From a virus, in the IMG/VR virus record IMGVR_UViG_3300044899_000017, positions 13,781 through 77,780 of that record: DNA of 64,000 bases. One strand, given 5' to 3'. Positions 37,926-47,139 of this stretch are shown here, in pieces; positions within the stretch are counted from its first letter, which is position 1; every line of letters begins with the position of its first letter. Under the pieces are notes generated by a model. It did no database searches. It was not told the DNA's origin and saw only the letters and a program-made list of their open reading frames with translations. Position numbers and translations under genes: made by a program.

Positions 37926-38852
37926 GTGGGGAACACTAGCCGCCGTGGCGGACGCATAGCAGTCGAAGATCATCGCGCGCTGCCGGTGTCCGTGATCCGT
38001 CACGCCGACCTCGACCGCATCGCCGAGATGTTCGACGGGCGCCGGCTGCCGGTCGCGCGGTCCGTGTACTTCGCGGTCGTGCAGCTCGTCGCCGAGGCCG
38101 GCGGACCGCACGGCGAGGCGACGCGCCGCGAGTTGGCCGTCCTCGCCGGCGTGTCCGTGCGGACGCTCGACGAGAACGTGACGGCGCTCGAAGGCGCCGG
38201 CCTGATGCACCGGCAGAAGCGCCGCGAGGACGGCCTGAACTTGCCGAATCTGTGGGCGCTCGGACCGCCGGGGGGTGGTGCAGCAGACGGCACTACCCCC
38301 GCGAGCTGCACTAGCGCAGCAGACCGCACCCAGCAGTCTTCTTCCCCTGCCGGTGCTTCCTCGTCGAGTGGGGTGAAGGACGGTGGGGGCGGTCCGGCAG
38401 CACTACCGCTCCCGGAGGGCGTCGAGGTCCCGGACGACCTGCTCGCCGACGCCGGCGAGCTGCTGCGCCGGAAGAAGCGCGTGGACGGGCAGCAGGTCCG
38501 GCCGGGAGAGATGATCGTCGCCGCGGCTGCCATCGCCGAGTTCAATCGGCAGGCCGACTCGGACTTCGGCCTCGGCGCGCACGTCGTGTCGCTCGTGATG
38601 CGAATCCGCGAGCGGCCGTCGTACACGGCCGAGGCGCACGTGCGGCTCGTGCAGTCGGCGTTCCGGATCGCGTGGTGGAAGAAGAACGGTCGCCGCGGTG
38701 GTCGTCCGACCCCTGCTGTGATCTATGGGCACGCTGGCGTGTTCGAGCAGGTCGTGCAGGACGCGACGGACGAGAAGCGAGGGCGCGAAGTGGCGGACAC
38801 GCCGGAGCGTCGAGGTCGATTCGAGCGGCAGGGCGCCGCGGAGAGGCAGTGA
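37926..38852 (+). CDS. Replication initiator (N-terminal winged HTH)
   Basis: T..ELA..AGVS.RT.......LE.AGL..R......PN.W.L; followed by DnaC-like gene. Confidence 0.8.
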   Translation: MGNTSRRGGRIAVEDHRALPVSVIRHADLDRIAEMFDGRRLPVARSVYFAVVQLVAEAGGPHGEATRRELAVLAGVSVRTLDENVTALEGAGLMHRQKRREDGLNLPNLWALGPPGGGAADGTTPASCTSAADRTQQSSSPAGASSSSGVKDGGGGPAALPLPEGVEVPDDLLADAGELLRRKKRVDGQQVRPGEMIVAAAAIAEFNRQADSDFGLGAHVVSLVMRIRERPSYTAEAHVRLVQSAFRIAWWKKNGRRGGRPTPAVIYGHAGVFEQVVQDATDEKRGREVADTPERRGRFERQGAAERQ

Positions 38853-39607
38853 TGGCCGGAGAGTTCGACGACGACGGGCTACAGGAGCCGACGCGGAAGA
38901 AGTTCCGCCGGCGGGACGCGCGGGGGCTAGGGGCCGTGATCGACGAGAAGGACCCGCTGCCCGTGCCCGAGGGCGTCGAGCCGGAGGAGGACGAGGAGAC
39001 GTGGGATCAGCGCGCGGCGCGCGAGCATCGCGAGATGTACGCGGAGCTGGCGCCGCGGCGGCGCGAGGCGTCGCGCGTGCCGGAGCGGCATCGCGTGTCG
39101 TTCGACGACTTCGACCTCGACGACCGCGCGGAAGCGATCCGCGAGGCGCAGGCGTGGGCCGAGGGCACCGGCCCGCGGGGGCTGCTGCTGCACGGCGAGG
39201 TCGGCCGCGGGAAGTCGAGGATCGCCGGCGCCGCGGCGTGGCATCGCTGTCTGATCGGGCCGGTGCGCTGGCGCAACGTCGCCGAGCTGCTGCTGTCGCT
39301 GTCGTACGACTTCGGCCACCCGGAGCGCGAGAAGGCGCTCGCGGCGCTCGCGCCGAAGTCCGGCTCGGCGCTGATCCTCGACGACCTCGATAAGACGAAG
39401 GCGACCGATCACGCGCTGCAACCGCTGTACCTCGCGGTGAACGCGTTCGTCGAGGCTAAGGCGCCGCTGATCGTGACGACGAACCGCTCGATAGACCGGC
39501 TCGCCGAGGAGTTCGGCGACCGCTTCGGGACGGCCATCGGCTCGCGGCTCGGCGGTTACTGCGCGGTCTTCGAGATAGGCGGGCGCGACCGGAGGCTCGA
39601 ACCGTGA
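38852..39607 (+). CDS. DnaC/IstB-like AAA+ helicase loader
   Basis: Walker A GEVGRGKS, Walker B LILDDL, TTN, SRL. Confidence 0.9.
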   Translation: MAGEFDDDGLQEPTRKKFRRRDARGLGAVIDEKDPLPVPEGVEPEEDEETWDQRAAREHREMYAELAPRRREASRVPERHRVSFDDFDLDDRAEAIREAQAWAEGTGPRGLLLHGEVGRGKSRIAGAAAWHRCLIGPVRWRNVAELLLSLSYDFGHPEREKALAALAPKSGSALILDDLDKTKATDHALQPLYLAVNAFVEAKAPLIVTTNRSIDRLAEEFGDRFGTAIGSRLGGYCAVFEIGGRDRRLEP

Positions 39608-40308
39608 CCGCCGACCCGTTCTATGACGGGCTGCCCGGCGCGCAGGTCGAGGAGGATGCTCCCGCCGGCGAGACGTTCGAGGTCGAGATGCTGCCGGTCG
39701 AGCAGTGGCCTCCGGCGCACGCGCAGCTCGTCGCCGAGTTCGTCGTGATCGGCACCGCGAAGCCGGCCGGCTCGAAGAGCGCCGGCGTCGTCTACCGGAC
39801 GAATAAGGAGACGGGGCAGCGCGAGCCGGTGAAGGTGCCGAAGAAGGGCGGCGGCGAGCGCATCCTCGTCGCGGTGAAGGACAGCTCGGGCGACGCCGGG
39901 AAGTCGTGGCGGCAGGACGTGGCGCTCGCGGCGCTCGCGGCACGTCAGTCGCCGGCGCCGCTCGACTGCCGGCTCGCCGCAGAGTTCACGTTCGTCAGGA
40001 CGTGGAAGCCTGCCGACTACTCGAAGCGCGAGCCGGGCCGGCTGCGCGACTCCGTGGACGCGGCACCGCATAAGCGGCCGGACGCGCTGAAGCTCGCGCG
40101 CGCCGTCGAGGACGCGCAGACGACGATCCTCTACTCCGACGATGCTCGCATCACGGAGGAGCGCATCCGGAAGGTGTACGTGCCGCCGGAGCAGGGGCCG
40201 GATCGCTGCGAGATTCGGCTGTGGACGCTGCCGACCACCATCGGCGAGCTGCGGCTGCTCGGCCTCGACCGGTACGAGCCGGACGAGCAGGAGACGCTGC
40301 CCGTCTGA
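39604..40308 (+). CDS. RusA-like Holliday junction resolvase
   Basis: P.GSK, WR..V, PD..KL.RAV.DA......DD..I. Confidence 0.85.
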   Translation: MTADPFYDGLPGAQVEEDAPAGETFEVEMLPVEQWPPAHAQLVAEFVVIGTAKPAGSKSAGVVYRTNKETGQREPVKVPKKGGGERILVAVKDSSGDAGKSWRQDVALAALAARQSPAPLDCRLAAEFTFVRTWKPADYSKREPGRLRDSVDAAPHKRPDALKLARAVEDAQTTILYSDDARITEERIRKVYVPPEQGPDRCEIRLWTLPTTIGELRLLGLDRYEPDEQETLPV

Positions 40309-40322
40309 CGGCCGCACGCCGC

Positions 40323-40365
40323 CGATAACTCTGTTATCGTCGCAGGCGTACCCGAGCCGTAGGAG
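40323..40365 (+). promoter_or_regulatory. Early promoter/operator plus leader, copy 2
   Basis: CGATAACTCTGTTATCG then TACCCGAGCCGTAGGAG. Confidence 0.85.
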
Positions 40366-40371
40366 AACACG

Positions 40372-40767
40372 ATGGAGCAGAAGACCGAACTCTCGCAGGG
40401 CGCCCGACTCCTGAAGCGTGGCGACACGTTCGACCCGGAGTGCCATCGCACGACGCACCGGCTCGCGCGTGCGCTGACGATCCTGCGGGCGATGGGCATC
40501 GAGCCGAAGCACGCCGAGCATGATCCCGAGACGTGCCTCCTGCACCCGGACAATCGCTCGAAGCGGATGATGCAGTTCCGCGGCGAGCCGGCTCCCTGCA
40601 CGTGCGGCGCGCAGCGCAAGGCGCCGACGTGGCCGGCGCACGTGGACGCCGAGACGTTCAATCTCGCGTACCGGCTCGCCGACCACGAGCAGACGATTCG
40701 CGGGCAGTGGCATCAGGCCGAGATAAACCGCGAGCAGGCCGAGCGCCGCGCGGCCGCGGCGAGCTGA
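40372..40767 (+). CDS. Hypothetical protein
   Basis: RBS; H...C..H...CTCG motif. Confidence 0.7.
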   Translation: MEQKTELSQGARLLKRGDTFDPECHRTTHRLARALTILRAMGIEPKHAEHDPETCLLHPDNRSKRMMQFRGEPAPCTCGAQRKAPTWPAHVDAETFNLAYRLADHEQTIRGQWHQAEINREQAERRAAAAS

Positions 40768-41009
40768 TGCCGCGCGCCGGCCTCGCGTTCCGGCAGGCGG
40801 CGGCGCTCGACGCCGCGGCCGCGCGTCCGTGCCCGAACGGGTGCGGGCATCCGTCGGGCGCGCACTTCGAGCTGAAGCCGACGTGGGAACTCGGCGAGGA
40901 GGACGGGAAGCCGACGCTCGTCGAGGTCCCGCATCCGGAGTACAAGCCGTTCCACTTTCACTGCCAGCACGAGGGCTGCTCGTGCATCATCGACCGAACG
41001 GGGGGCTGA
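40767..41009 (+). CDS. Small zinc-binding protein
   Basis: TGATG coupling; CPNGCGH...H, C....C.C. Confidence 0.65.
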   Translation: MPRAGLAFRQAAALDAAAARPCPNGCGHPSGAHFELKPTWELGEEDGKPTLVEVPHPEYKPFHFHCQHEGCSCIIDRTGG

Positions 41010-41012
41010 TCA

Positions 41013-41432
41013 TTGGAAGCGACCGATAAGTCTGTGCTGCTGACGGAGGACTTCCTCGCAGACGAGGCGCGCGAAGCGCAGGAGGTCGCGGAGACGGTGC
41101 CGCAGGCCGACGCAGCTCGCCGGCGCTTCGACCGGCAGATGGGCCTGCTGCACGCGCTGCCCGAGGGGTGGACGGTCGTGCGCGACGACTACACGGTGGC
41201 GTTCCGGAAGGCGGGGCACTACTTCACGGTGTACGACGCGGACCGCTCGCAGGTCGCGCAGGCGCGTCGCGTGTCGGCGCGCGAGCCGGGCCGGCTGAAG
41301 CAGGCCGTGCATTGGGGCGGCGTCGGCGGCGCGTCGGCCGGCTCGGCGTGGGCGCAGGGAATCGCGCTGATGTTCGCGGCCATCGACGCCGAGGCGCACC
41401 TGCCGGCCGAGGCGCGCGAGGTCACGGACTAG
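41013..41432 (+). CDS. Hypothetical protein
   Basis: ORF fills gap, typical codons; start uncertain. Confidence 0.6.
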   Translation: MEATDKSVLLTEDFLADEAREAQEVAETVPQADAARRRFDRQMGLLHALPEGWTVVRDDYTVAFRKAGHYFTVYDADRSQVAQARRVSAREPGRLKQAVHWGGVGGASAGSAWAQGIALMFAAIDAEAHLPAEAREVTD

Positions 41433-41433
41433 C

Positions 41434-41485
41434 CGATAGCTCCGTTATCCTTCGGGCGACCACCCGAGCTGAACGAACGAGGAGG
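41434..41485 (+). promoter_or_regulatory. Early promoter/operator plus leader, copy 3
   Basis: CGATAGCTCCGTTATCC then CACCCGAGCTGAACGAACGAGGAGG. Confidence 0.8.
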
Positions 41486-41490
41486 AAGCG

Positions 41491-41676
41491 ATGTCGATGA
41501 AGATGCGCCGAAGGACCGGCGCCGTGATGGTGGTGGTGGCCGCGCTGCTGGCCGTGGTGGCGACGGGGCCGCTCGGGTGGGGCTTCGGCGTCGTGCTGGC
41601 GATCCTCGTCGGCCTCGCCGGCGCGTCGCTCGCCACGGCGCGCCACCCGTACGACCACGTGCGGGACGGCTTCTGA
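41491..41676 (+). CDS. Small two-helix membrane protein
   Basis: Strong RBS; two hydrophobic segments. Confidence 0.75.
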   Translation: MSMKMRRRTGAVMVVVAALLAVVATGPLGWGFGVVLAILVGLAGASLATARHPYDHVRDGF

Positions 41677-41894
41677 TGGCGAAGGTGATCGCACCCGTGA
41701 AGCTCGCCGAGCTGATCAAGTCGCAGCCGCTCGTCGGCGTGAGTGGGGCGGCGAAGATTCTCGGCATCGTGCCGCCGAACTTCAGGCGCTACCGCGACCG
41801 GCTGACGGAGATACCCATCGAGGGTTCGGCGTCGGCGTTCGTGAAGGCCGAGGTCGAAGAGCTGCGCGACGAGTTGCAGCTCGGCCGCTCCTGA
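41676..41894 (+). CDS. Small HTH DNA-binding protein (excisionase/MerR-like)
   Basis: LVGVSGAAKILGI....FRRY, F....VE. Confidence 0.7.
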   Translation: MAKVIAPVKLAELIKSQPLVGVSGAAKILGIVPPNFRRYRDRLTEIPIEGSASAFVKAEVEELRDELQLGRS

Positions 41895-42136
41895 TGCCGA
41901 CGGACTACGGCACGCTGCACACGGTGGCCGATTACGAGGAGGCCGCGAGCAGCGTGCCGGGCGTGCTGCACGTCCGGGTGCGCGCGGCCGCGAACGATCC
42001 CCGGATGCCGCGCGGCGTCGTCGAGGTCCGCGCTCGTGGACCGTGGCGCCGGCGGCTGTCGAAGGCGGTCGAGATGCAGCTCCGCACGGCGCTCGTCGAG
42101 CGCCACCCGATAGGCGTCGAGCTGCGGCTGAAGTAG
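41894..42136 (+). CDS. 80-aa protein resembling an isolated baseplate J domain
   Basis: T..DYE.AA..VPGV..V.V......G.V.V.....L...L....PIGV.L. Confidence 0.6.
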   Translation: MPTDYGTLHTVADYEEAASSVPGVLHVRVRAAANDPRMPRGVVEVRARGPWRRRLSKAVEMQLRTALVERHPIGVELRLK

Positions 42137-42194
42137 TTCCGTCCGGGCTGCGCGGTGTACTCCGCGCCATGCCCGAGCCGACCCGGCGCGCGTA

Positions 42195-44033
42195 ATGTCG
42201 CCGGCAGAGATTTACCTCGCGAAGTCCGGAAGCCGCCGCGGCGCCACGCTGCCGGCCGATTCGGTCACTCGGACGTTCGGCATCTTCGGCGTGAAGGACT
42301 CGGGCAAGTCCACCACGGCGCGCACGCTCGCCGAGGGCGTCGTGAAGCTCGGCGGGCACGTCGTGATCCTCGACCCGGTGGGCGTGTGGTGGGGCATCAC
42401 GCGCCGCGGCGAGGGGCCGGGCCTGCCGGGCATCGTGATCGGCGGCGAGCATGGGGACGTGCCGCTAGAGAAGGAAGGCGGCGCGCTCGTCGCGGAGTTC
42501 GTGGTGGGCCGGCATTACCCGGTCGTCGTGATTGACACGATGCTGCTGCGGAAGGGCGCGCGGCTCGCGTTCCTCGCCGACTTCCTCGAAGGCGTCTACC
42601 ACTCGAACCGGCGTCCGCTTCAGCTCGTGTTCGAGGAGGCGGACGAGGCGCTGCCGCAGTCGCCGCGGGGCATGAACCCGACGCTCGGGCGCGTGCTGGG
42701 CGCGGCCGAGGACATCGTGAAGAAGGGCCGCTCGCGCGGCCTCGGCTCGACGTTCATCTCGCAGCGGTTCGCCACGGTGACGAAGAACGTCACGACGCAG
42801 GTCGAGTGCCTGATCCTCCACGCGCAGCCGGCGCCGCAGGATCAGAAGGCGGTGAAGGAATGGGTCGCGACGAACGGCGACACGCGCGTCACGGACCGCG
42901 TGATGGCGTCGATGGCGTCGCTCGATGTCGGCGAGGCATGGCTGTACTCGCCGAAGTGGCTGAAGCTGCTCGCGCAGATTCGCGTGCGGAAGCCGAAGAC
43001 GCTCGACTCGTCCTCGACGCCGACGGACGACGAGCGCGAGCTAGACGAGCAGGCGCCGCGCGCGCCGGTCGATAAGGCCGAGCTGGCGCGGCAGATGTCG
43101 GAGGTCGTCGAGCGCGCGAAGGGTAAGGACCCGGCCGAGCTGAAGAAGCGGATCGCCGAACTCGAAGCGCAGCTCGCAGACGTGAAGCCCGAGGTCGTCG
43201 AGGTCGCCGGCGAGCGGGTGATCGTGCCGGACGCCGAGACGGTGCGGGAGTTGGCCGAGTCCGTGGAGGTCTTCGCGGACGCCGCGCAGGCGATCACGGA
43301 CTCCGTGGAACACCTGCTGTCCGAGGCCGAGGGGCTAGATAGGCGGATCACCCGAGCCGAGGAGACGCGCCGCGAAGTCGTGGACGCGCTCGCGGCCGCG
43401 CGGGCGACGCTCGACGAGCTGAAGGGCATCCCGGCCGAGGGCGTGCCCGTCACGCCGGCGCCGCGCGCTGCGCCAGCTCCGCGGCCTCGTGCCGCCGCGG
43501 CGTCGAACGGGAAGCCCGCAGCGCCGGCGGGCGATGCCGAGGACGTGTCGCCGGGCGCGCTGAAGCTGCTCGACGAGATGCGCGAGGTGTACCCCCTACG
43601 GTTGAACCGTATTCAGCTCGCGACGATCCTCGGGCGGGGGAAGAAGTCCTCGACGCTGACGCAGCAGCTCGCCGAGCTGAAGGACGCGGACCTGATCCGG
43701 GAGGACGGCTCGAAGCTGCTGTCGGCGGTCGTCACGGGCGCGCAGGCCGAGATGTCGAAGGGCGAGCTGATCGACCGGTGGCGCTCGGCGCTGCCCGAGG
43801 GTCCGCTCGCGCTGCTCGACGTGCTGCTCGGACTGCCCGGCGGCGGCGGCATCGGGAAGGACGACCTCTTCGTGCAGGCGGGCTTCTCGGCCACGTCCTC
43901 GACGCCGGTCGGGCACCTGAAGATGCTGAAGGACAATGGGCTGGCATTCGAGCCGCAGAAGAAGGTCGTGATGCTCGGGCCGGCGCTCGCCGATCAGGAG
44001 GCGGACCCGCGGGGAGCTGCGACCGTCCGATAA
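42195..44033 (+). CDS. HerA/FtsK-superfamily ATPase with coiled coil and C-terminal wHTH-like domains
   Basis: G..DSGKS, ILDP.G, FEEAD...PQ, GRSRGLG...SQR. Confidence 0.88.
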   Translation: MSPAEIYLAKSGSRRGATLPADSVTRTFGIFGVKDSGKSTTARTLAEGVVKLGGHVVILDPVGVWWGITRRGEGPGLPGIVIGGEHGDVPLEKEGGALVAEFVVGRHYPVVVIDTMLLRKGARLAFLADFLEGVYHSNRRPLQLVFEEADEALPQSPRGMNPTLGRVLGAAEDIVKKGRSRGLGSTFISQRFATVTKNVTTQVECLILHAQPAPQDQKAVKEWVATNGDTRVTDRVMASMASLDVGEAWLYSPKWLKLLAQIRVRKPKTLDSSSTPTDDERELDEQAPRAPVDKAELARQMSEVVERAKGKDPAELKKRIAELEAQLADVKPEVVEVAGERVIVPDAETVRELAESVEVFADAAQAITDSVEHLLSEAEGLDRRITRAEETRREVVDALAAARATLDELKGIPAEGVPVTPAPRAAPAPRPRAAAASNGKPAAPAGDAEDVSPGALKLLDEMREVYPLRLNRIQLATILGRGKKSSTLTQQLAELKDADLIREDGSKLLSAVVTGAQAEMSKGELIDRWRSALPEGPLALLDVLLGLPGGGGIGKDDLFVQAGFSATSSTPVGHLKMLKDNGLAFEPQKKVVMLGPALADQEADPRGAATVR

Positions 44034-44077
44034 CCCTGTTATCGTGCCGTCCACCCGAGTCATTCGATCACGAGGAG
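44028..44077 (+). promoter_or_regulatory. Early promoter/operator plus leader, copy 4
   Basis: CGATAACCCTGTTATCG (overlaps HerA stop) then CACCCGAGTC...CACGAGGAG. Confidence 0.85.
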
Positions 44078-44085
44078 ACGGCGAG

Positions 44086-45129
44086 ATGGCGGAAGCAGCG
44101 AAGCGGAGCAGCGCGAACACGGACCTCTACATCGGCACGATGAAGGTCCCGGTGGGCCTCTTCGGCACGATGGCGTCGCCGGCGAAAGAGCAGAAGTTCG
44201 ACACGGCCGGACCGAACGGCGGGAAGCTGAAGTACGAGCAGCGCGCCGTGATCGCCGAGCAGGAGTCGGACGTGGCCGACGAGCCGGACGCGCCCGTGCA
44301 GTCCGACCCGCTCGCGACGAGCGATCCCGGCTCGGACGCGCCGGCGCTCGCCGATACCGTCGAGCGTGCCGAGGCGCGCTCGGCCGAGCTGCGGCAGGCT
44401 GCCGATGTCGGCCGGAAGATGATGGACTCCGGACCGGGGACGCTCGTGCCCGGCGAGTTCCGGCAGGTACTCGTCGAGGAAGGCTCCGGCGAGGTCGTCG
44501 AGGCCGAGGACGTGCGCCGCGGCGTGCGGCTCGAAGACGGCCGCTTCATCGACGTAACGGAGCAGGTGACGGCCATCGACACGCGCACGAAGCTCGACCG
44601 GATCGAGATTCTGCGGTGCGTGGACTCGACGCAGATCAGGCGCGAGCGTGTGATCGGCGCTTACTACGTCGGCGCGCAGGAGACGGAGGGCCTGCCGTAC
44701 CTGCGGCTGCTCTTCGAGGCGCTGAAGAAGCGGCGCGAGGTCGCCGTCGTGAAGTACACGACGAAGAGCCGGCAGAACCTCGGCGTGATCAGCGCGAACG
44801 CGAAGACCGGCACGCTGATCCTGAACTCGCTCGTCTTCGCCGAGGACTGGCGCGAGCCGCCGGCGAAGGCGCTCGGCATCGCAAAGGTGCAGGTCGCGGA
44901 GTCGCAGGTCGAGCAGATGGCCGAGCTGCTGTCCGTGATGCACGGCCACGTGGACGACGTGGACGCGCTCCGCGACGACGCGATAGCGCTGCGCGAGGAG
45001 CTGCGCGCGCGTGCCGAGGCGGGCGAGATGGCCGAGGTCGTCGAGCCGATGCCGGCGGCGGACGCGGTGCCGGACCTCGAAGGCGCGCTCGCCGCGTCGC
45101 TCGAAGCGGTCCGTGCGGGCAAGGTCTAG
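44086..45129 (+). CDS. ku: Ku-like DNA end-binding protein
   Basis: G...VPV.L, D..RG....G.F, IEI...V....I, YYV, LL..AL, L..L.F...R, DL..AL.ASL; start moved to ATG 44086 by RBS. Confidence 0.85.
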   Translation: MAEAAKRSSANTDLYIGTMKVPVGLFGTMASPAKEQKFDTAGPNGGKLKYEQRAVIAEQESDVADEPDAPVQSDPLATSDPGSDAPALADTVERAEARSAELRQAADVGRKMMDSGPGTLVPGEFRQVLVEEGSGEVVEAEDVRRGVRLEDGRFIDVTEQVTAIDTRTKLDRIEILRCVDSTQIRRERVIGAYYVGAQETEGLPYLRLLFEALKKRREVAVVKYTTKSRQNLGVISANAKTGTLILNSLVFAEDWREPPAKALGIAKVQVAESQVEQMAELLSVMHGHVDDVDALRDDAIALREELRARAEAGEMAEVVEPMPAADAVPDLEGALAASLEAVRAGKV

Positions 45130-45156
45130 CGGTCGAACGCGAACGAGGAGGAACGG

Positions 45157-45582
45157 ATGGCAGAGACAGCAGCAGCGCAGGGAACGGGCGGGCGCCGGCG
45201 CGCGGCCGCGCCGGCGGGCGACGGGAAGCCCGAGCAGCCGCGGAAGCCGACGAAGCGGACGGTGCTGCGGCGCGAGCGTGTTCTCGTGCTGCCGGAGGGC
45301 ATCGACGACGCGGCGCTCGCCGAGGTCGTGAAGGCGATCCCGAAGCTGCCCGAGAAGAAGCTCGCCGACGCGCTGAAGGCGAAGCCGGTCGAGGCGTGGG
45401 TCGTGATCGGCGAGTTCGAGGGCACGGACAAAGAGGACGCCATCGAGGCGCACGCCGGGAAGAAGAACACGCCGGACGCGAAGCCGGGCGCGTACAAGGC
45501 GCCGCCGGCGTCGGGGTGGTCGGGGGGCCTGCTGTACGAGCGCCCGCCGGAGCCGAAGGTCGAAGTGAAGGCGCTCGACTGA
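45157..45582 (+). CDS. Hypothetical protein
   Basis: GAGGAGG RBS; typical codons. Confidence 0.75.
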   Translation: MAETAAAQGTGGRRRAAAPAGDGKPEQPRKPTKRTVLRRERVLVLPEGIDDAALAEVVKAIPKLPEKKLADALKAKPVEAWVVIGEFEGTDKEDAIEAHAGKKNTPDAKPGAYKAPPASGWSGGLLYERPPEPKVEVKALD

Positions 45583-46037
45583 TGGGCGAGGACGAGGACG
45601 ACACGCAGGCAGTGGCCGACGCTCGGGAGACTCGCGACCTCGTGTTCTCCGTGGCGCTGAAGGCGGCGGCGAAGGCCGTCGCGCACGTCGAGGCGCACGA
45701 CATCGGCGGCGTGGTGATGACGGACGACCTGCCGGCGGGTGGCTTCACGTGGCACGTGGAGGCGCACTGCCGACGCGACTCGTCGTTCGTGAGCGTGCAG
45801 GGGAAGCCGCGCTCGGAGCAGCAGGTCTTCGGCTCGCTCGCCGAGATGGCGGCGGTGATGGGGAACGAGTCCGCGGCGTTTAGCTGCACGGTCCCGCGCG
45901 AGTGGGTCCTGCTCGCCGCGGAAGCAGCGGAGCGGCGCTCGGATGCGGTCTTCGGCGTAGCGGCCGAGGACGCAGCTCCGGGCGAACCGGTGCGGATCGA
46001 GCTGTCCGGCACGCGCGAGGTCGAGGAGCCGAGGTAG
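45582..46037 (+). CDS. Hypothetical protein with C-terminal cement-protein-like motif
   Basis: TGATG coupling; ends VFGVAAEDAAPGEPVRIELSG. Confidence 0.65.
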   Translation: MGEDEDDTQAVADARETRDLVFSVALKAAAKAVAHVEAHDIGGVVMTDDLPAGGFTWHVEAHCRRDSSFVSVQGKPRSEQQVFGSLAEMAAVMGNESAAFSCTVPREWVLLAAEAAERRSDAVFGVAAEDAAPGEPVRIELSGTREVEEPR

Positions 46038-46216
46038 TGCTGGTCGCGATCCTGATCGGCTGCGCGCCGATGGCGCTCGCGGACGGCGACGTGTGGGGGT
46101 GCGTGGGCATCCTCGGCGTCGTCGCCGTGATCGCGTGGGCGCGCAGCGGCGGGGGGCCGAGACTCCCGCGGATACCGTGGCGCGTGTCGTGGCCGGGTGG
46201 GCGCTGGCGCGGGTGA
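46037..46216 (+). CDS. Small membrane protein
   Basis: Hydrophobic; overlapping start/stop. Confidence 0.5.
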   Translation: MLVAILIGCAPMALADGDVWGCVGILGVVAVIAWARSGGGPRLPRIPWRVSWPGGRWRG

Positions 46217-46296
46217 TGCGCTTCGCCGTCTGGATCGGCGTCGCGCTGATCCTCGCGGCGCTGCTGTGGGGGTACGTGATCGGCTCGCACCTATGA
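46216..46296 (+). CDS. 26-aa membrane peptide
   Basis: MRFAVWIGVALILAALLWGYVIGSHL, coupled on both sides. Confidence 0.5.
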   Translation: MRFAVWIGVALILAALLWGYVIGSHL

Positions 46297-46562
46297 CGGG
46301 CGAGGTCGGCACCACCTGCACGGTGCGGTATCGGATTACGGGCGGCATCGAACCCGCCGATCCGGTAGACGGCGACCTGCTGCGGACGGTGCCGGGCGGA
46401 ACGTGCTACCGCATCGAGGAGGCGCGCCGGCTCCCGAACGATGCGCGGTGGCCGGGCGCGCGGCGCTACGTGCTGAAGTGCGTGCGGCTCGGGAAGGACG
46501 CGGTGCAGCTCGGCGAGCCGGGCGTCTTCCCGCTCGTGTGGGACTCGCGGAGACGCGGGTGA
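46293..46562 (+). CDS. Hypothetical protein
   Basis: ATGA overlap; GD.L....G.CY.I...R motif. Confidence 0.65.
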   Translation: MTGEVGTTCTVRYRITGGIEPADPVDGDLLRTVPGGTCYRIEEARRLPNDARWPGARRYVLKCVRLGKDAVQLGEPGVFPLVWDSRRRG

Positions 46563-46963
46563 TCGACGACCTGCTCGAACTCGTGGCGATGCTCGTCGGA
46601 GCGCTCGACGCGGCCGAGAACGAACTCGCGTCGCTCCGCGAGATGGATCACGTGCCGCTCCCGGACGAGCTGCACGCGAAGCTCGAAGAACGGCTCGTGC
46701 TGATCGAGACGCTGAAGCGCGTGCGTGGCGGGCTGAAGGCAGGGGCGGCGCTCGACGAGGCGAAGCTGACGGCCGTGTACCGCGAGGAGCGCAGCCGCCA
46801 CCCGCACGTCGAGGACTCGCTGCCGCCGGCGCCGGTACTCGGAGATGTCGAGCGCGAACTCGCCGACGTTCAGGAGGTCGTGCGCCGGCGGGCGCTCGTG
46901 CTGCCGGCGCTCGACCACGCGCTCCGCGGCGTGCCGCTGCGGGAGGACTTCGCGGGATGCTGA
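46559..46963 (+). CDS. Hypothetical helical protein
   Basis: GTGA overlap. Confidence 0.6.
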   Translation: MIDDLLELVAMLVGALDAAENELASLREMDHVPLPDELHAKLEERLVLIETLKRVRGGLKAGAALDEAKLTAVYREERSRHPHVEDSLPPAPVLGDVERELADVQEVVRRRALVLPALDHALRGVPLREDFAGC

Positions 46964-47139
46964 AGGCCGAAGGCGGCGATGATCGCCGGGCTGACGCTGC
47001 TGCGCGCGACGAGCGCGTCCATCACGAGGACGGCGGCGAGCTGCTGATCGGTGAGACGGGATCGGTCCATAGTCCCCTGTATCGGCAGCTCGCCGGATAC
47101 CTGAAGCGTGGCGCGGCGGTGCCTACGATGGGGGCGTGA
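46957..47139 (+). CDS. Hypothetical protein
   Basis: 60-aa ORF filling gap. Confidence 0.4.
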   Translation: MLKAEGGDDRRADAAARDERVHHEDGGELLIGETGSVHSPLYRQLAGYLKRGAAVPTMGA

